In this document: positions 17,811-28,031 of the stretch, one piece after another
Position numbering within the stretch: the stretch's first letter is position 1
How the letters are laid out: every line of letters starts with the position of its first letter
From: Deltaproteobacteria bacterium
GTDB lineage: Bacteria; Bdellovibrionota_C; UBA2361; SZUA-149; JADLFC01
Reading direction: 5' to 3'
NCBI GenBank assembly: GCA_020845775.1
Contig: JADLFC010000028.1
Coordinates: 17,642-81,641, forward strand
DNA length: 64,000 nucleotides
Program-made: the position numbers and the translations under genes
The notes under the pieces: model-generated
What the model was told of the DNA's origin: nothing
What the model saw: the letters and a program-made list of their open reading frames with translations, nothing else
Databases searched by the model: none

Positions 17811-18215
17811 ATGGCTATAAAACCGATTTGTGCTACTGGACGTAGAAAGACATCTGCTGCACGCGTTTATATATCTCCCGCAAAAGACAGCGAAGGCGCA
17901 ATAACAGTTAACAAGCTGCCGTACGAGGATTACTTCCCAAGTTCAATCATGCAGATGGTTATTAAGCAGCCAATCGCATTGACAGAAGAATCTAGCGGCA
18001 AATATGACATTAGAGTAACTGTAAGAGGTGGCGGAATCAGTTCCCAAGCAGGGGCAGTTTTGCACGGCATATCCCGCGCACTTGTGCAAGCTGACCCAAC
18101 GCTACGATCGGTTCTAAAGAAAGGAGGCTTTCTTACTCGGGACGATCGAGCCGTAGAGCGAAAAAAGCCTGGTCGACATAAGGCGAGAAAGAGACCACAG
18201 TTCTCTAAGCGTTAA
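17811..18215 (+). CDS. rpsI: 30S ribosomal protein S9
   Basis: C-terminal ..GGGISSQAGAVLHGISRAL..LTRDDRAVERKKPGRHKARKRPQFSKR is classic S9. Confidence 0.95.
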   Translation: MAIKPICATGRRKTSAARVYISPAKDSEGAITVNKLPYEDYFPSSIMQMVIKQPIALTEESSGKYDIRVTVRGGGISSQAGAVLHGISRALVQADPTLRSVLKKGGFLTRDDRAVERKKPGRHKARKRPQFSKR

Positions 18216-18247
18216 GCATCAGTTTAACACGGAGCGGTATTTATTAT

Positions 18248-19783
18248 TTGGCCTACTTGGCAAAGTGTTTTTTTAGGCAATGGGTGGCGCGCTCGCTAAT
18301 AGTTTTATATACAGCACCCTTCGCTCTCTTAAATGGCTGCGCGTGGCTCTATGGCAATGCGATGCCCGAAAGCCCGGCGGCCGCTGTGGCAGAATTAAGT
18401 CCAAAGAAAATTCCCATTAAATTTGGCGTAACAGACGGCACTGCTGCCGATGCCGAAAATCTGGGCGACTTAAGTAGGGTGTTGGGGGAGAAATGGTGGG
18501 AGGATTTTGGAGACAATCGCCTCAACTCGCTAGTTAATCGGGTTGTAAATGGTAACCTAGAGCTTAAGCAAAGCTACGCACGATTCCTTCAGCAAGATGC
18601 CAGGTATAAAGTCGCGAGGGCGGATTTGTGGCCCGAGTTATCGATCTCGGCCAGTGCTGATCGCTCGCGTCTTAACCTTCGCTTTTTGCCAAAACAAACA
18701 AGCGGATTTTCCGTCAAGCCAATTAATAGCGATTTTCAGCTTTCGATACCAGCCTCTTATGAGGTCGATATTTGGGGGCGCGTTTGGCATAGCAAGGAAG
18801 CAAGTAAGTCAGAGATGCACGCTGCTAAAGAGGACTATAATTTTGCAAAACTTAGCATTATCGCCGATGTGGCCGATACATACTTTGCCATAGCTCAGGC
18901 CTGTGGACAGCTAAAACTAATCGATGAAAATTTGCAGTCCGACAGGCGCTTGTACGAACTCATAAGTGCGCGCTATGTGGCTGGTCTCGCAGGCGCGTTA
19001 GACGTCTTCCAAGCACGACAAAATCTATCGACCAATTTAGCACGCCAACCCCAGCTGGACATAGAGCTCGCACGAGCTAAGCAATCCTTAAATATACTAC
19101 TAGGCGAATTCAGCGGCGAATCGCTAGAATGTGAAAAAACGAGATTGCCAGAGTTTGATTGCGTTTTGCCCGAAACAATCCCTGCTACCTACGTGCTTTC
19201 GCGACCGGATGTATTGGCAGCATTGTATAGATTGCGCGCTCAACATGCTAAGTTAAGCGCGGTGGTTGCAAGCAGGTTTCCCAATGTATTGTTACGCGCG
19301 TCTGGAGCATACGTTGGAGCGAATATTGACGAGGTGTTTCGACCAGAAAACCTAGTGTGGAACCTTGCAGTGGAGTTAGGGTTAACTATTATCGATGGGG
19401 GAAGAAAAAAGGCGCGCGAAGAACTAGAAAAGGCAGTATTAGATGAAGTGAGCACGAGTTTCCTTAGAACTGTGCTCGTTGCATTTAAGGAAGTAGAGAT
19501 CGCCCTAACAGAGGTTGAGGCAGAAAAACGCCGCATTCAGCTAATAAGGGATAAAGAACTTGCCGTAAGAAACACTCTTAGCGTGTCCACACGAGATTAC
19601 CTTCAAGGTCTAAGCGACCTTCTCGCTGTGCTAGTGGCTAGAATTAGTTATTATAACACCCAAACTGAGTTGCTGGTAGCTCGTAGGCGGCTACTCTCGC
19701 TTTACGTTCAAGTGGCCCGAACACTTGGAGTGGGAGCGCCAATGCAAAATTCTGTCGAACGAGTTAGTGAGTCGAGGAATTAA
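18248..19783 (+). CDS. RND efflux outer membrane factor lipoprotein (NodT family)
   Basis: Lipoprotein signal ..APFALLNG|C (possible GTG start at 18284). Two OMF repeats with coiled-coil segments. First gene of an OMF-MFP-RND operon. Confidence 0.8.
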   Translation: MAYLAKCFFRQWVARSLIVLYTAPFALLNGCAWLYGNAMPESPAAAVAELSPKKIPIKFGVTDGTAADAENLGDLSRVLGEKWWEDFGDNRLNSLVNRVVNGNLELKQSYARFLQQDARYKVARADLWPELSISASADRSRLNLRFLPKQTSGFSVKPINSDFQLSIPASYEVDIWGRVWHSKEASKSEMHAAKEDYNFAKLSIIADVADTYFAIAQACGQLKLIDENLQSDRRLYELISARYVAGLAGALDVFQARQNLSTNLARQPQLDIELARAKQSLNILLGEFSGESLECEKTRLPEFDCVLPETIPATYVLSRPDVLAALYRLRAQHAKLSAVVASRFPNVLLRASGAYVGANIDEVFRPENLVWNLAVELGLTIIDGGRKKAREELEKAVLDEVSTSFLRTVLVAFKEVEIALTEVEAEKRRIQLIRDKELAVRNTLSVSTRDYLQGLSDLLAVLVARISYYNTQTELLVARRRLLSLYVQVARTLGVGAPMQNSVERVSESRN

Positions 19784-20997
19784 TGATGGTGTCAAGACAA
19801 AACAAGAAGCCTGTCATGGCGCTAGGATTCGGCATCTTGTCACTCTTGTTGTTTTGGGTTTTTCGGCAGCGTCCGACCGAGCTACCGCAAGAAAATTTAG
19901 GCGTCTTAGTGGATACGGTAGCTGCACGTAAAAGCGATGTGCCAATCGAGATAAGCGCCACGGGGACAGTAGAGCCTAAACAGCGCGTGAATGTGTCGAC
20001 CGAAATTAACGGACGGGTAATTTCGATAAACGATGCTTTTGTCGAAGGCGGTTTTATTAAAAAGGATACGCCAATATTTAGAATCGACGATAGAGATTAC
20101 AGTAACGAAGTCGAGGTGAGACGTTCCGATGTGTTGTCTGCCGAAGAGCAGCTTGAAACTATCAAGGCAAGAGCGCAAATTGCTGGGCTGGAGTGGAAAG
20201 TCATGAAAGGCGCCACGGCCCAATCTTCAAGCATTGCGGATGGAGTTGTCGATATGGCAGAACCCAGTGCGCTGGCACTTTTTGGACCGCAGTTAAAAAA
20301 TGCCGAGGGCAAATTACTCGCGGCGAGAGCAAGGTTATCACAGGCGGAACTTGCCTTTCAGCGCACTACTGTTTTTGCACCGTTTAATTGCATCGTTATC
20401 TCCAAGCGGGTCGATGTTGGTCAATATATTAAGTCGGGCGACGTCGCTGCTGAGGTTTATGGAACTGACGTCGCTAAAATTGTCGTTTCAATTCTTGCAG
20501 ACGAAGCTCGCTGGATTAGTGCGGCTAGAAAGGAAAGCCAAGAGCTTAACCTGCCGGCAAGAGTTTATATGAGTGTTGGGTCGAATGTGCTCTCATGGAA
20601 TGGCAGGATGCGGCGGTTTTTGGGCGAAGTGGATTCGAGAACGCGAATGGTTCAGGCTGTAGTGGAAGTGGATGAGCCGTACTCACTTAGTCCTACTGCA
20701 AATGGCCGACGCAATTCCGCTCTGCTCATGGGAAGTTTCGTGCAAGTGGTTATATCCGATGTTGGCATGTTAAATGGCGTATTTGTCATTCCGCGCCTTG
20801 CCTTGCGGCAGGGTTCCACGACATGGGTGGTAAACGGCGAAAATGTGCTAGATGAGCGGCGCGTAGAAGTAGCGCGTTTTATGGACGATGAGGTCGTCAT
20901 TAGCAGCGGTTTAGAAGAGGGCGACCGCGTAGTAATCACCAATATTGCTGGCGCCTCTTCTGGATTAAGACTTAGAGTTAGAGAACCGAGCTCGTAA
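19783..20997 (+). CDS. RND efflux periplasmic adaptor (membrane fusion protein)
   Basis: N-terminal TM anchor, beta-barrel/lipoyl/coiled-coil hairpin pattern typical of the HlyD/AcrA family. Translationally coupled to the OMF gene (ATGA overlap). Confidence 0.8.
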   Translation: MMVSRQNKKPVMALGFGILSLLLFWVFRQRPTELPQENLGVLVDTVAARKSDVPIEISATGTVEPKQRVNVSTEINGRVISINDAFVEGGFIKKDTPIFRIDDRDYSNEVEVRRSDVLSAEEQLETIKARAQIAGLEWKVMKGATAQSSSIADGVVDMAEPSALALFGPQLKNAEGKLLAARARLSQAELAFQRTTVFAPFNCIVISKRVDVGQYIKSGDVAAEVYGTDVAKIVVSILADEARWISAARKESQELNLPARVYMSVGSNVLSWNGRMRRFLGEVDSRTRMVQAVVEVDEPYSLSPTANGRRNSALLMGSFVQVVISDVGMLNGVFVIPRLALRQGSTTWVVNGENVLDERRVEVARFMDDEVVISSGLEEGDRVVITNIAGASSGLRLRVREPSS

Positions 20998-21046
20998 ATG
21001 GCGAGCAGGCAGTTCGTGCCTTAAACTTCAAGAGAGGAGCCCGACA

Positions 21047-24000
21047 GTGTTTAGTGCAATGCGGTGGATGGCAAAAAACAGCGTGGCGGCAAATATCGCC
21101 ATGGCTGTGTTGCTATTTGGAGGCTTGCTATTTGCTCCGTCTATCAAGCAGGAAATTTTTCCTGAGTTTCAACTTGACCTCGTAAACATTGCAGTTCCTT
21201 ATTCAGGTGCTGGGCCGGAGGAAGTCGAGCAGGGGATTTGTCTTCCAGTCGAAGAGGCCATCTCAGGTATAGAGGGCATTAAGGAGACGAGTTGTATAGC
21301 GTATGAAGGTGCTGGGTTAGTTACCGCTGAGCTATTGTCATCCTCGAATGTCGATGCGGTGGTTCAGGATATAAAGTCAGAGGTAGACGGTATTCGCACG
21401 TTTCCGAAGGAGGCTGAGGAGCCAAAAGTCTCAAAGGTTGTGCCCCGGCACGAGGTGTTGTCTATTGCAGTATTTGGCGAGGCGTCGCAAAAATCGCTGC
21501 GCGAAATGGCAGAATCAATTCGAGACGATTTATTGGAATACCCGGAAATTACTCAGATCGAGCTCTCGGGTGTCGCCCCCTATGAAATATCAGTCGAAAT
21601 CACCGAGGAAAATCTGCGCAAATATCGACTTAGTCTAGATACAATCGCCGAACGCATTAGGCAGGGGTATGTCGATTTGCCTGCTGGCGTCGTCAAAGAA
21701 GCGGGCGGAGAAATCTTGCTAAGGACTAGGGATAAGCGCGACTACGGTGCTGATTACGAATCTATTCGCGTAGTATCGACGCCTGCTGGCGCAGAGGTAA
21801 GACTTGGCGATATTGCGAAAGTGCTGGATGAATTTGAGGATGTTGACGAAAGGGGATTTTTTGACGGCAAGCCCGCTGCAATGCTTAGAGTGTTTCGCGT
21901 TGGCGAGCAAGCTCCGATCGAGATATCTGAAATAGTTCGAGATTATGTCGCGAAAAAGCGCCACGGGCTTTCTGGAAATATCGATATAGGCATTTGGGAT
22001 GACAGATCTGAGTTGCTTAAATCTCGCTTAGAACTACTACTAAAAAATGCCTATATAGGGCTTGTGTTAGTGTTTGTAGTGTTGGGCCTATTTTTAGAGC
22101 TGAAGCTCGCCTTCTGGGTTACAATGGGCATTCCGGTATCGTTTTTAGGCACAATGCTTTTTCTACCGGGCTTGGATATTAGCATTAATATGGTTTCGCT
22201 GTTTGCATTTATTTTGTGTCTAGGAATAGTTGTAGATGACGCTATTGTAGTAGGTGAAAATATTTACGAGCATCGCTTATCGGGCAAGTCGCTAACAGAT
22301 AGTGCTGTGGATGGGGTGATAGAGGTTGCTATGCCGGTAGCGTTTTCTACCTTAACTACTATAAGCGCTTTTTTCCCAATGTTGTTTATTTCCGGCACAA
22401 TGGGAAAGTTTGTTTGGGTCATTCCGGCAATTGTAATAACCGTCCTTAGCATTTCGTTGTTCGAATGTTTTTTTATTTTGCCGTCTCACCTAGCGCATTC
22501 TGCTCATTTGGCGCTTGGAGGAAGTTCTTTGGGTAGAATAGAAAGGAGTCGGCAGGAGTTTGGTCGCAAGGTAGATATTTTTGTCGAGAATGTTTTTAAG
22601 CCCATCGCTAGTAAAGCGGTGCAGAACCGAGTATTCACGCTAAGTATTGCCGCTTCATTTCTCCTTTTTTCCTTTGGACTTCTCTTTGGTGGTTTGGTTA
22701 AGTTTATTAATCTTCCTCCCAGCGATGGCGAGATAGTGAGCGTAAGCGTGGAGATGCCGGTAGGAACAACTGCCGCAAATACGAGTGGGGTCGTTAAGCG
22801 CATTCAGGACAGCGCATTAATAGTGGCTAGTGAGTTCGACGACCTGGCTATTGATGGGTATAAGTCATTGAGAAATATCTTCGCGACTGTCGGAAAAAGT
22901 CAGGAGGTTGGGCCACATGGTGGGGGTTTCTTGCGCAGTGGTGGGCACATAGCGGGTGTGACAGCCTTTTTAGCCTCTAGCGATAATCGGCATTTTCGAG
23001 CTAGTGATTTTGCTAAGAATTGGAGGGAGCGGGTGGGGGAAATTCCTGGAGTTAAATCTCTCGTGTTTTCTTCTGATTTTGCAAATCCGGAGGACGACAT
23101 AGATATTCGGCTTGAGCACGAGGACCTTTCTATCCTTCGGCAGGCTAGCGAGAGGCTTTTAGGTGCTTTGCGACAATTTGCGGGAGTTAGGGATGCACGG
23201 GATAACTTTGCCTTAGGTACGCGGGAGCTGAAGTTTAAACTACTTCCTCGAGGAAGAATGCTCGGGTTAACCGAGGCGGAGCTAGCCAAGCAGGTGCGCG
23301 CTGGATATTTCGGCGCAGAGGCTTTGCGCATACAACGTGGACGGAACGAACTCAAAGTCATGGTGCGTTATTCCAAGGAGGAGCGGGACAGGTTGAGCTC
23401 GCTTGAGAATATGCGGATACGGCTATCTGATGGGGCGGAGGTCCCTCTCGTAGAGGTCGTCCAAGTTAGCGAGTCTGAGGGGTATAGCGAAATTCGACGC
23501 TCAAACCGCAAGCGAATAGTAAACGTTTCGGCGTTGGTCGATTATTCGATGGCAAATCCCGATCAGATTATCTCAGTGCTTCAATCTGGCGTGCTTAAAG
23601 ACCTAATGCTCGATTATCCCGGCCTAAGTTCAAGTTTGTCTGGGACTGAGCAAGACAGGCGAGAATCTAATGCCAGCTTGTTAAGGGGCTTTGTCTTTGC
23701 GCTAGCCTTAATCTATGCACAGCTAGCCATAGTGTTTAGGCATTACATGCAGCCGTTGGTAGTAATGTTTGCAATTCCATTTGCCTTTGCAGGAGCTGTG
23801 TTGGCTCATTTCATATTGGGCCATGATATTAGCTTGCTCAGCATGTGCGGGTTCGTTGCTCTCGCGGGGGTAGTTGTGAATGATTCGTTGGTATTGATCG
23901 ATTTTGTTAACTCCCTAAGACGCGAGGGAATGGGGCTTTCTGAGGCACTGATTACTAGTGCCTGTAGGAGGTTTAAACCCATCATCCTCACTTCTTTGAC

Positions 24001-24169
24001 GACGTTTTTTGGCCTGGTGCCGCTCATTTTTGAGACAAGTTTTCAGGCGCAGTTCTTAGTTCCAATGGCCATAAGCCTTGGATTTGGCGTCGTCTTCGGC
24101 ACGTTCGTTACATTATTAGTCGTGCCAGCGTTTTATGTAGTGCTAGACAGAGGTAGCGCAGTTAAGTAG
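21047..24169 (+). CDS. RND efflux transporter permease (AcrB/AcrD/AcrF family)
   Basis: 1040 aa with 12 TM helices and two large periplasmic loops. N-terminus MFSAMRWMAKNSVAANIAMAVLLFGG..FPEF is typical of HAE-type RND pumps. Confidence 0.9.
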   Translation: MFSAMRWMAKNSVAANIAMAVLLFGGLLFAPSIKQEIFPEFQLDLVNIAVPYSGAGPEEVEQGICLPVEEAISGIEGIKETSCIAYEGAGLVTAELLSSSNVDAVVQDIKSEVDGIRTFPKEAEEPKVSKVVPRHEVLSIAVFGEASQKSLREMAESIRDDLLEYPEITQIELSGVAPYEISVEITEENLRKYRLSLDTIAERIRQGYVDLPAGVVKEAGGEILLRTRDKRDYGADYESIRVVSTPAGAEVRLGDIAKVLDEFEDVDERGFFDGKPAAMLRVFRVGEQAPIEISEIVRDYVAKKRHGLSGNIDIGIWDDRSELLKSRLELLLKNAYIGLVLVFVVLGLFLELKLAFWVTMGIPVSFLGTMLFLPGLDISINMVSLFAFILCLGIVVDDAIVVGENIYEHRLSGKSLTDSAVDGVIEVAMPVAFSTLTTISAFFPMLFISGTMGKFVWVIPAIVITVLSISLFECFFILPSHLAHSAHLALGGSSLGRIERSRQEFGRKVDIFVENVFKPIASKAVQNRVFTLSIAASFLLFSFGLLFGGLVKFINLPPSDGEIVSVSVEMPVGTTAANTSGVVKRIQDSALIVASEFDDLAIDGYKSLRNIFATVGKSQEVGPHGGGFLRSGGHIAGVTAFLASSDNRHFRASDFAKNWRERVGEIPGVKSLVFSSDFANPEDDIDIRLEHEDLSILRQASERLLGALRQFAGVRDARDNFALGTRELKFKLLPRGRMLGLTEAELAKQVRAGYFGAEALRIQRGRNELKVMVRYSKEERDRLSSLENMRIRLSDGAEVPLVEVVQVSESEGYSEIRRSNRKRIVNVSALVDYSMANPDQIISVLQSGVLKDLMLDYPGLSSSLSGTEQDRRESNASLLRGFVFALALIYAQLAIVFRHYMQPLVVMFAIPFAFAGAVLAHFILGHDISLLSMCGFVALAGVVVNDSLVLIDFVNSLRREGMGLSEALITSACRRFKPIILTSLTTFFGLVPLIFETSFQAQFLVPMAISLGFGVVFGTFVTLLVVPAFYVVLDRGSAVK

Positions 24170-24191
24170 TTCGTTGCACTAGTTAGTGATG

Positions 24192-25220
24192 CTACCTATC
24201 GCTAAGAAGCGCGTTTTTCTCTAAGTCTAGCTGTTTTGTTGCGTTTAGTAAGATTGAAGATTTTGGGGCTTGTTCTAGGCCTAATTTTAAAGTCCTCTCG
24301 GCATTATCGAGATTTCGCTGCTTAAGCTGCGCATCGAATAGCAGTTTGACCATTGATGAGTCTTTATAACTTGACGCCTCAACTATCGCTCTTACGAGCG
24401 ATTCTGCTGATTGCAGCGATTGGCGATCGAAAAAAGGGTCGCTGCGGTTTAGTGTTGCGCGGACATATTTAGTTACGTTTTCTCGATTGCTTGGGTCAAT
24501 GCTTACGAGGGTTTTTAAGTCTAGAAGGATTTTTCCTTCTAGATCCGCCTTTTGCTGTGGGTCGTTAGTGGTTGCTAACTTCTCGCTGCGAGTTTTTATC
24601 AAAAGACTGAGAGCGGGAACGTAAGACGGGTTTGCTGCTAATGATTTCTCTAGGCTAGCTAAGGCCGCGTCGTGTTGCCCGAGCTCCTTTTGGCACTCAG
24701 CCATTAAAAAATATGGCTCGTGTTTAGCAAAATCAGCCCGCCAGGTTACCTCGAGGAATTCAGAGATTGCCTCGTTATAGCGGCGCGAGGTTTTCAGTAG
24801 TGTTGCATGTTTAAATATGGCAACTGGGTTGTTAGCCTTAAGCCTCAAAGAGCTCTCAAAGTTTTCGATGGCTGCTTTGCTGTCGCCAAGATATTCATTT
24901 ACCATGCCAAGAAGAAAATAGAGCTCGTCATGGCTACCTCTGCCGATAGTTTTAAACATCGCCTCACAGCTCGCCTTAGCTTTTAGCAGCAATGTCTTGG
25001 CCCCTTCCAAATTGCCCTCCTTAACGAGCTTGCTCGATTCCCTGACCAAGGCTACTACTTCTTCGAGTTCTGGCCGAAACGACTCCATATCTAAGTCGTA
25101 ACCGACAAAGGACGTTACAGTTGCCGGCGAAGCCACTACAGGCGATTGTTCGGCACTTATCGCTGTTTGCCCAAAAACTGCTGGCGGGAAGAACGCAAGC
25201 AATAACTCCCAACGAAGCAT
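24192..25220 (-). CDS. Secreted tetratricopeptide-repeat protein
   Basis: Signal peptide MLRWELLLAFFPPAVFG/QT (alternative upstream Met at 25265). Multiple TPR-like helical repeats. Confidence 0.6.
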   Translation of the reverse strand: MLRWELLLAFFPPAVFGQTAISAEQSPVVASPATVTSFVGYDLDMESFRPELEEVVALVRESSKLVKEGNLEGAKTLLLKAKASCEAMFKTIGRGSHDELYFLLGMVNEYLGDSKAAIENFESSLRLKANNPVAIFKHATLLKTSRRYNEAISEFLEVTWRADFAKHEPYFLMAECQKELGQHDAALASLEKSLAANPSYVPALSLLIKTRSEKLATTNDPQQKADLEGKILLDLKTLVSIDPSNRENVTKYVRATLNRSDPFFDRQSLQSAESLVRAIVEASSYKDSSMVKLLFDAQLKQRNLDNAERTLKLGLEQAPKSSILLNATKQLDLEKNALLSDR

Positions 25221-25464
25221 GTAGCCTAAGGTAGTCGATGCGGAAAATGACGGTAGTTTCAACACTGTTTTAAGAAATTCCTCAATGATTTCAAGGGACT
25301 TAAATTATCTGCGCATTCTAAGCAATACATAAAGGCCTAGGGTTTGGCAAATTGCTCAAATACAAACGTCGTTTTCTTAACGAGAGCATCTTAATGCTAG
25401 TTTCAAAGTGCCTTATGATAGTTTGTCACGAAAACATACCTGAAGGGCGGGGTTAGTTCTTTTT

Positions 25465-26943
25465 ATGACTGAAGTCACAGAACGCAAGCGAGTCTTAGTC
25501 GTAGACGACGAATCTAATGTGCGCGAATCGCTAAGGTTAATCCTAAATAGAGAATATGAAGTTGACGTTGCAGAATCGGGAAGTGTTGCATTAGAAATAC
25601 TACGCTCTCAATTAGTGGATCGTTCCAGTAAATCGGAGGGTAATCAGGCTAGGCTTCCCTTGCCGGATCTCGTGTTGCTCGATGTCGTAATGCCGGGATG
25701 CGACGGGTTAAAGCTGCTAGAAGAGATTAAGGCGGACTACCCAGCCATGCCAGTTATAATGTTGACGGCGAATAAAACTGTAAAAACAGCCGTCGCGGCA
25801 ATGAAGATTGGCGCAGTGGACTACCTCAACAAGCCTTTTGAGATCGAAGAGTTACTTAGTCTTATCGATCGCACACTCGTTCAAGTTAACAATTTGAAGA
25901 ATCTGCACAAGACGTCGGCGCTAGAGCTAAGTGGTCGGGCTGATCTTCCGAATCTACCCGGTGATTTTGGCTGCATGGTAGGTCGTCACCCGGTGATTTG
26001 CGAGCTGTATCAAAAAATCAATCAAGTTGCCGAACGCGATACCACCGTGCTCGTGACTGGCGAATCTGGCACTGGAAAGGAGTTGGTGGCAAGAGAAATT
26101 CACAAAAGAAGTCGCCGAGCATCGGGGCCATTTATTCCTCTTAACTGTGCGGCGATTCCAGAGACGCTAATAGAATCGGAACTTTTCGGGCACGAAAAAG
26201 GTTCATTTACGCATGCTATCGAAAAGCGAATAGGGCATTTTGAACTCGCAACTAACGGCACCTTATTTTTGGATGAAATCGGCGAATTAAGTCTGCCAGT
26301 TCAGGTAAAGATGCTGCGGTTTTTGCAGGATCAAGAATTCTATCGCATAGGTTGCTCAAAGCCTATTAAAGTAGATGTTCGCATTGTGGCCGCAACAAAC
26401 CGAAGTCTCGAGGTGGCGATTCAAGAAGGAAGGTTTAGGCAAGACCTTTACTATCGAATAAATGTAGTGTCGCTCGAAGTTCCCCCATTGCGCGAACGCT
26501 TGGAGGATATTCCGCATTTAGTCGATTTCTTTCTAAAACGCTTTTCTTCGCTCTACAGTGGGCGTGCTCCTAAAATCCTCGACGAAACGATGAATGTCTT
26601 AATGGCGTATTCCTGGCCAGGAAACGTGCGCGAACTAGAAAACGTGACGGAAAGCATCCTGGCGCTAACTACAACTAGCGAAATTTCACCTGCCGAACTT
26701 CCACCACGCATTCGCGGTGCAGTGCGCAAAGCAGGCGGCGATTTGAGACAAAATGTCCTGGACGGAATTACGCCGTTTGAGGAAGCAGAAAGAGCCTTCG
26801 AAAAAGAACTTATTGAAAAAGCACTAGAGAAAACTAACTACGTGCAAACGCGCGCAGCCGAACTTCTAGGAATCAGCCGTCGCATCCTAAAATACAAAAT
26901 GGACAAGCTAGGCCTAAGCGATAAAGCTCCGCAAAGCGACTAA
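25465..26943 (+). CDS. Sigma-54-dependent transcriptional activator (NtrC-type response regulator, bEBP)
   Basis: Receiver domain (VLVVDDE..DLVLLDVVMPGCDG..LNKPF), AAA+ sigma-54 interaction domain (GESGTGKE, ..ESELFGHEKGSFTHA.., ..VDVRIVAATNR..) and C-terminal Fis-type HTH. Confidence 0.85.
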   Translation: MTEVTERKRVLVVDDESNVRESLRLILNREYEVDVAESGSVALEILRSQLVDRSSKSEGNQARLPLPDLVLLDVVMPGCDGLKLLEEIKADYPAMPVIMLTANKTVKTAVAAMKIGAVDYLNKPFEIEELLSLIDRTLVQVNNLKNLHKTSALELSGRADLPNLPGDFGCMVGRHPVICELYQKINQVAERDTTVLVTGESGTGKELVAREIHKRSRRASGPFIPLNCAAIPETLIESELFGHEKGSFTHAIEKRIGHFELATNGTLFLDEIGELSLPVQVKMLRFLQDQEFYRIGCSKPIKVDVRIVAATNRSLEVAIQEGRFRQDLYYRINVVSLEVPPLRERLEDIPHLVDFFLKRFSSLYSGRAPKILDETMNVLMAYSWPGNVRELENVTESILALTTTSEISPAELPPRIRGAVRKAGGDLRQNVLDGITPFEEAERAFEKELIEKALEKTNYVQTRAAELLGISRRILKYKMDKLGLSDKAPQSD

Positions 26944-27017
26944 GCCAGCCTGTTTCGGCAAAAAAAAACCGCTTGCGCCTAAGCGCCTCGCAAATACCCA
27001 AGATAACCGCTTACTGC

Positions 27018-27212
27018 CTACTGCTTATCTTGTATCTTTCGACCGTATGTTACTTCACCCTTATCTATGCGAATAGAAAACCCGCACTCAGGGTTTATGC
27101 ATGCCCAGGCTTTATACATTACTGCTGCTCCCTCCTGTCCATAATCGGACAACGGAAGCAATACCCCACTAGTACACTTTTGGCATTTCGGATACTGCAT
27201 CCTCTCCTCCAT
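27018..27212 (-). CDS. Small zinc-ribbon protein
   Basis: MEERMQYPKCQKC..(24 aa)..CINPEC has two Cys pairs. GGAG lies 11 nt upstream. The track ORF extends to 27311. The overlapping plus-strand ORF 26973..27290 has no features. Confidence 0.4.
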   Translation of the reverse strand: MEERMQYPKCQKCTSGVLLPLSDYGQEGAAVMYKAWACINPECGFSIRIDKGEVTYGRKIQDKQ

Positions 27213-27358
27213 ACATCTGCCACTCCAATGTTTAAGGTTAACGAAATTTTCTTTTACAGAAATAACAACGACACAAGAATGCACAAATAACCTAGCCAAG
27301 TCAATCGCCAAGCTATAAAAAGTCGAGCGGAATTATGACATGTTTAACGCTAGAATAT

Positions 27359-27844
27359 TCACAGATACACCATAGTCGTTCCTGGATTTTGTTCCAATAG
27401 CCTAAAATTGCTAACATGGCGCGAGCTGCTTAAATATTTATGTACAGCTTCGCGCAAAGCGCCGCTTCCAATTCCGTGTATTACCTCTAAACCTCTAAAA
27501 TCTCTATGCAGTGCCTTATCGAGAGCCATTTCCAACTGCTCGACTGCTTGACTAACTGTAAACCCATGCATGTCGAGCCTAAGCATCTTGTCCTGCGAGT
27601 CCTTATGGCGATTAACGAGCGGAACGCTGTTGCTTTTTTGTTTTCTAGCTTTTTTCTTAGGAGCCTCGGTTGCCTGCAAGCGGCCACTGCTTATCCACAG
27701 GCGGACGCTTCCCTTTAACGACAAATACTCTCCTTTAGCGTTTGGGCCCTCTAGTATCTCTAGGTTTAATCGCAACTCGGGACAGAAAACTATTTCGCCT
27801 GGAGCAAATTTGCGACTAGTAGCATTGGAACTTGGCTTTTTCAT
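27359..27844 (-). CDS. Smr domain-containing protein
   Basis: C-terminal LDMHGFTVSQAVEQLEMALDKALHRDFRGLEVIHGIGSGALREAVHKYL matches the Smr/MutS2-C signature (LDLHG..IIHGKG.G.LR). Confidence 0.65.
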   Translation of the reverse strand: MKKPSSNATSRKFAPGEIVFCPELRLNLEILEGPNAKGEYLSLKGSVRLWISSGRLQATEAPKKKARKQKSNSVPLVNRHKDSQDKMLRLDMHGFTVSQAVEQLEMALDKALHRDFRGLEVIHGIGSGALREAVHKYLSSSRHVSNFRLLEQNPGTTMVYL

Positions 27845-28031
27845 TATTTAGTATAATAGTGCTTCAAGCGATAAATGCAAATGTTATAGTTGTTATTGAC
27901 ATGGCTTGTATGTGGGGGTTTATAGCATTTACAAAAGGTAAAATATTTAACTTACTTTTTGTAAAGGGTTTAAGGAAATCGAATACTCTCTAGTTTTAGA
28001 AAAACAACAAACGCCTAGCGGGAGCTGAGAT

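Noticed and set aside
22504-23361. Antisense ORFs inside the RND pump gene, and similar antisense ORFs of 60-160 aa inside pnp, hppA, recN, opgG and others
   Set aside because: These lie entirely within strongly supported genes on the opposite strand and are compositionally biased. They are typical shadow ORFs.
25266-25464. Possible sigma-54 promoter (tggcaaattgct) upstream of the bEBP gene
   Set aside because: The spacing between GG and GC is 6 nt instead of 10. It does not fit the -24/-12 geometry.
26973-27290. Plus-strand 105-aa ORF overlapping the minus-strand zinc-ribbon ORF
   Set aside because: No motifs, hydrophobic low-complexity translation. The opposite-strand ORF has a four-Cys zinc-ribbon pattern and an SD-like sequence, so the minus strand was preferred.
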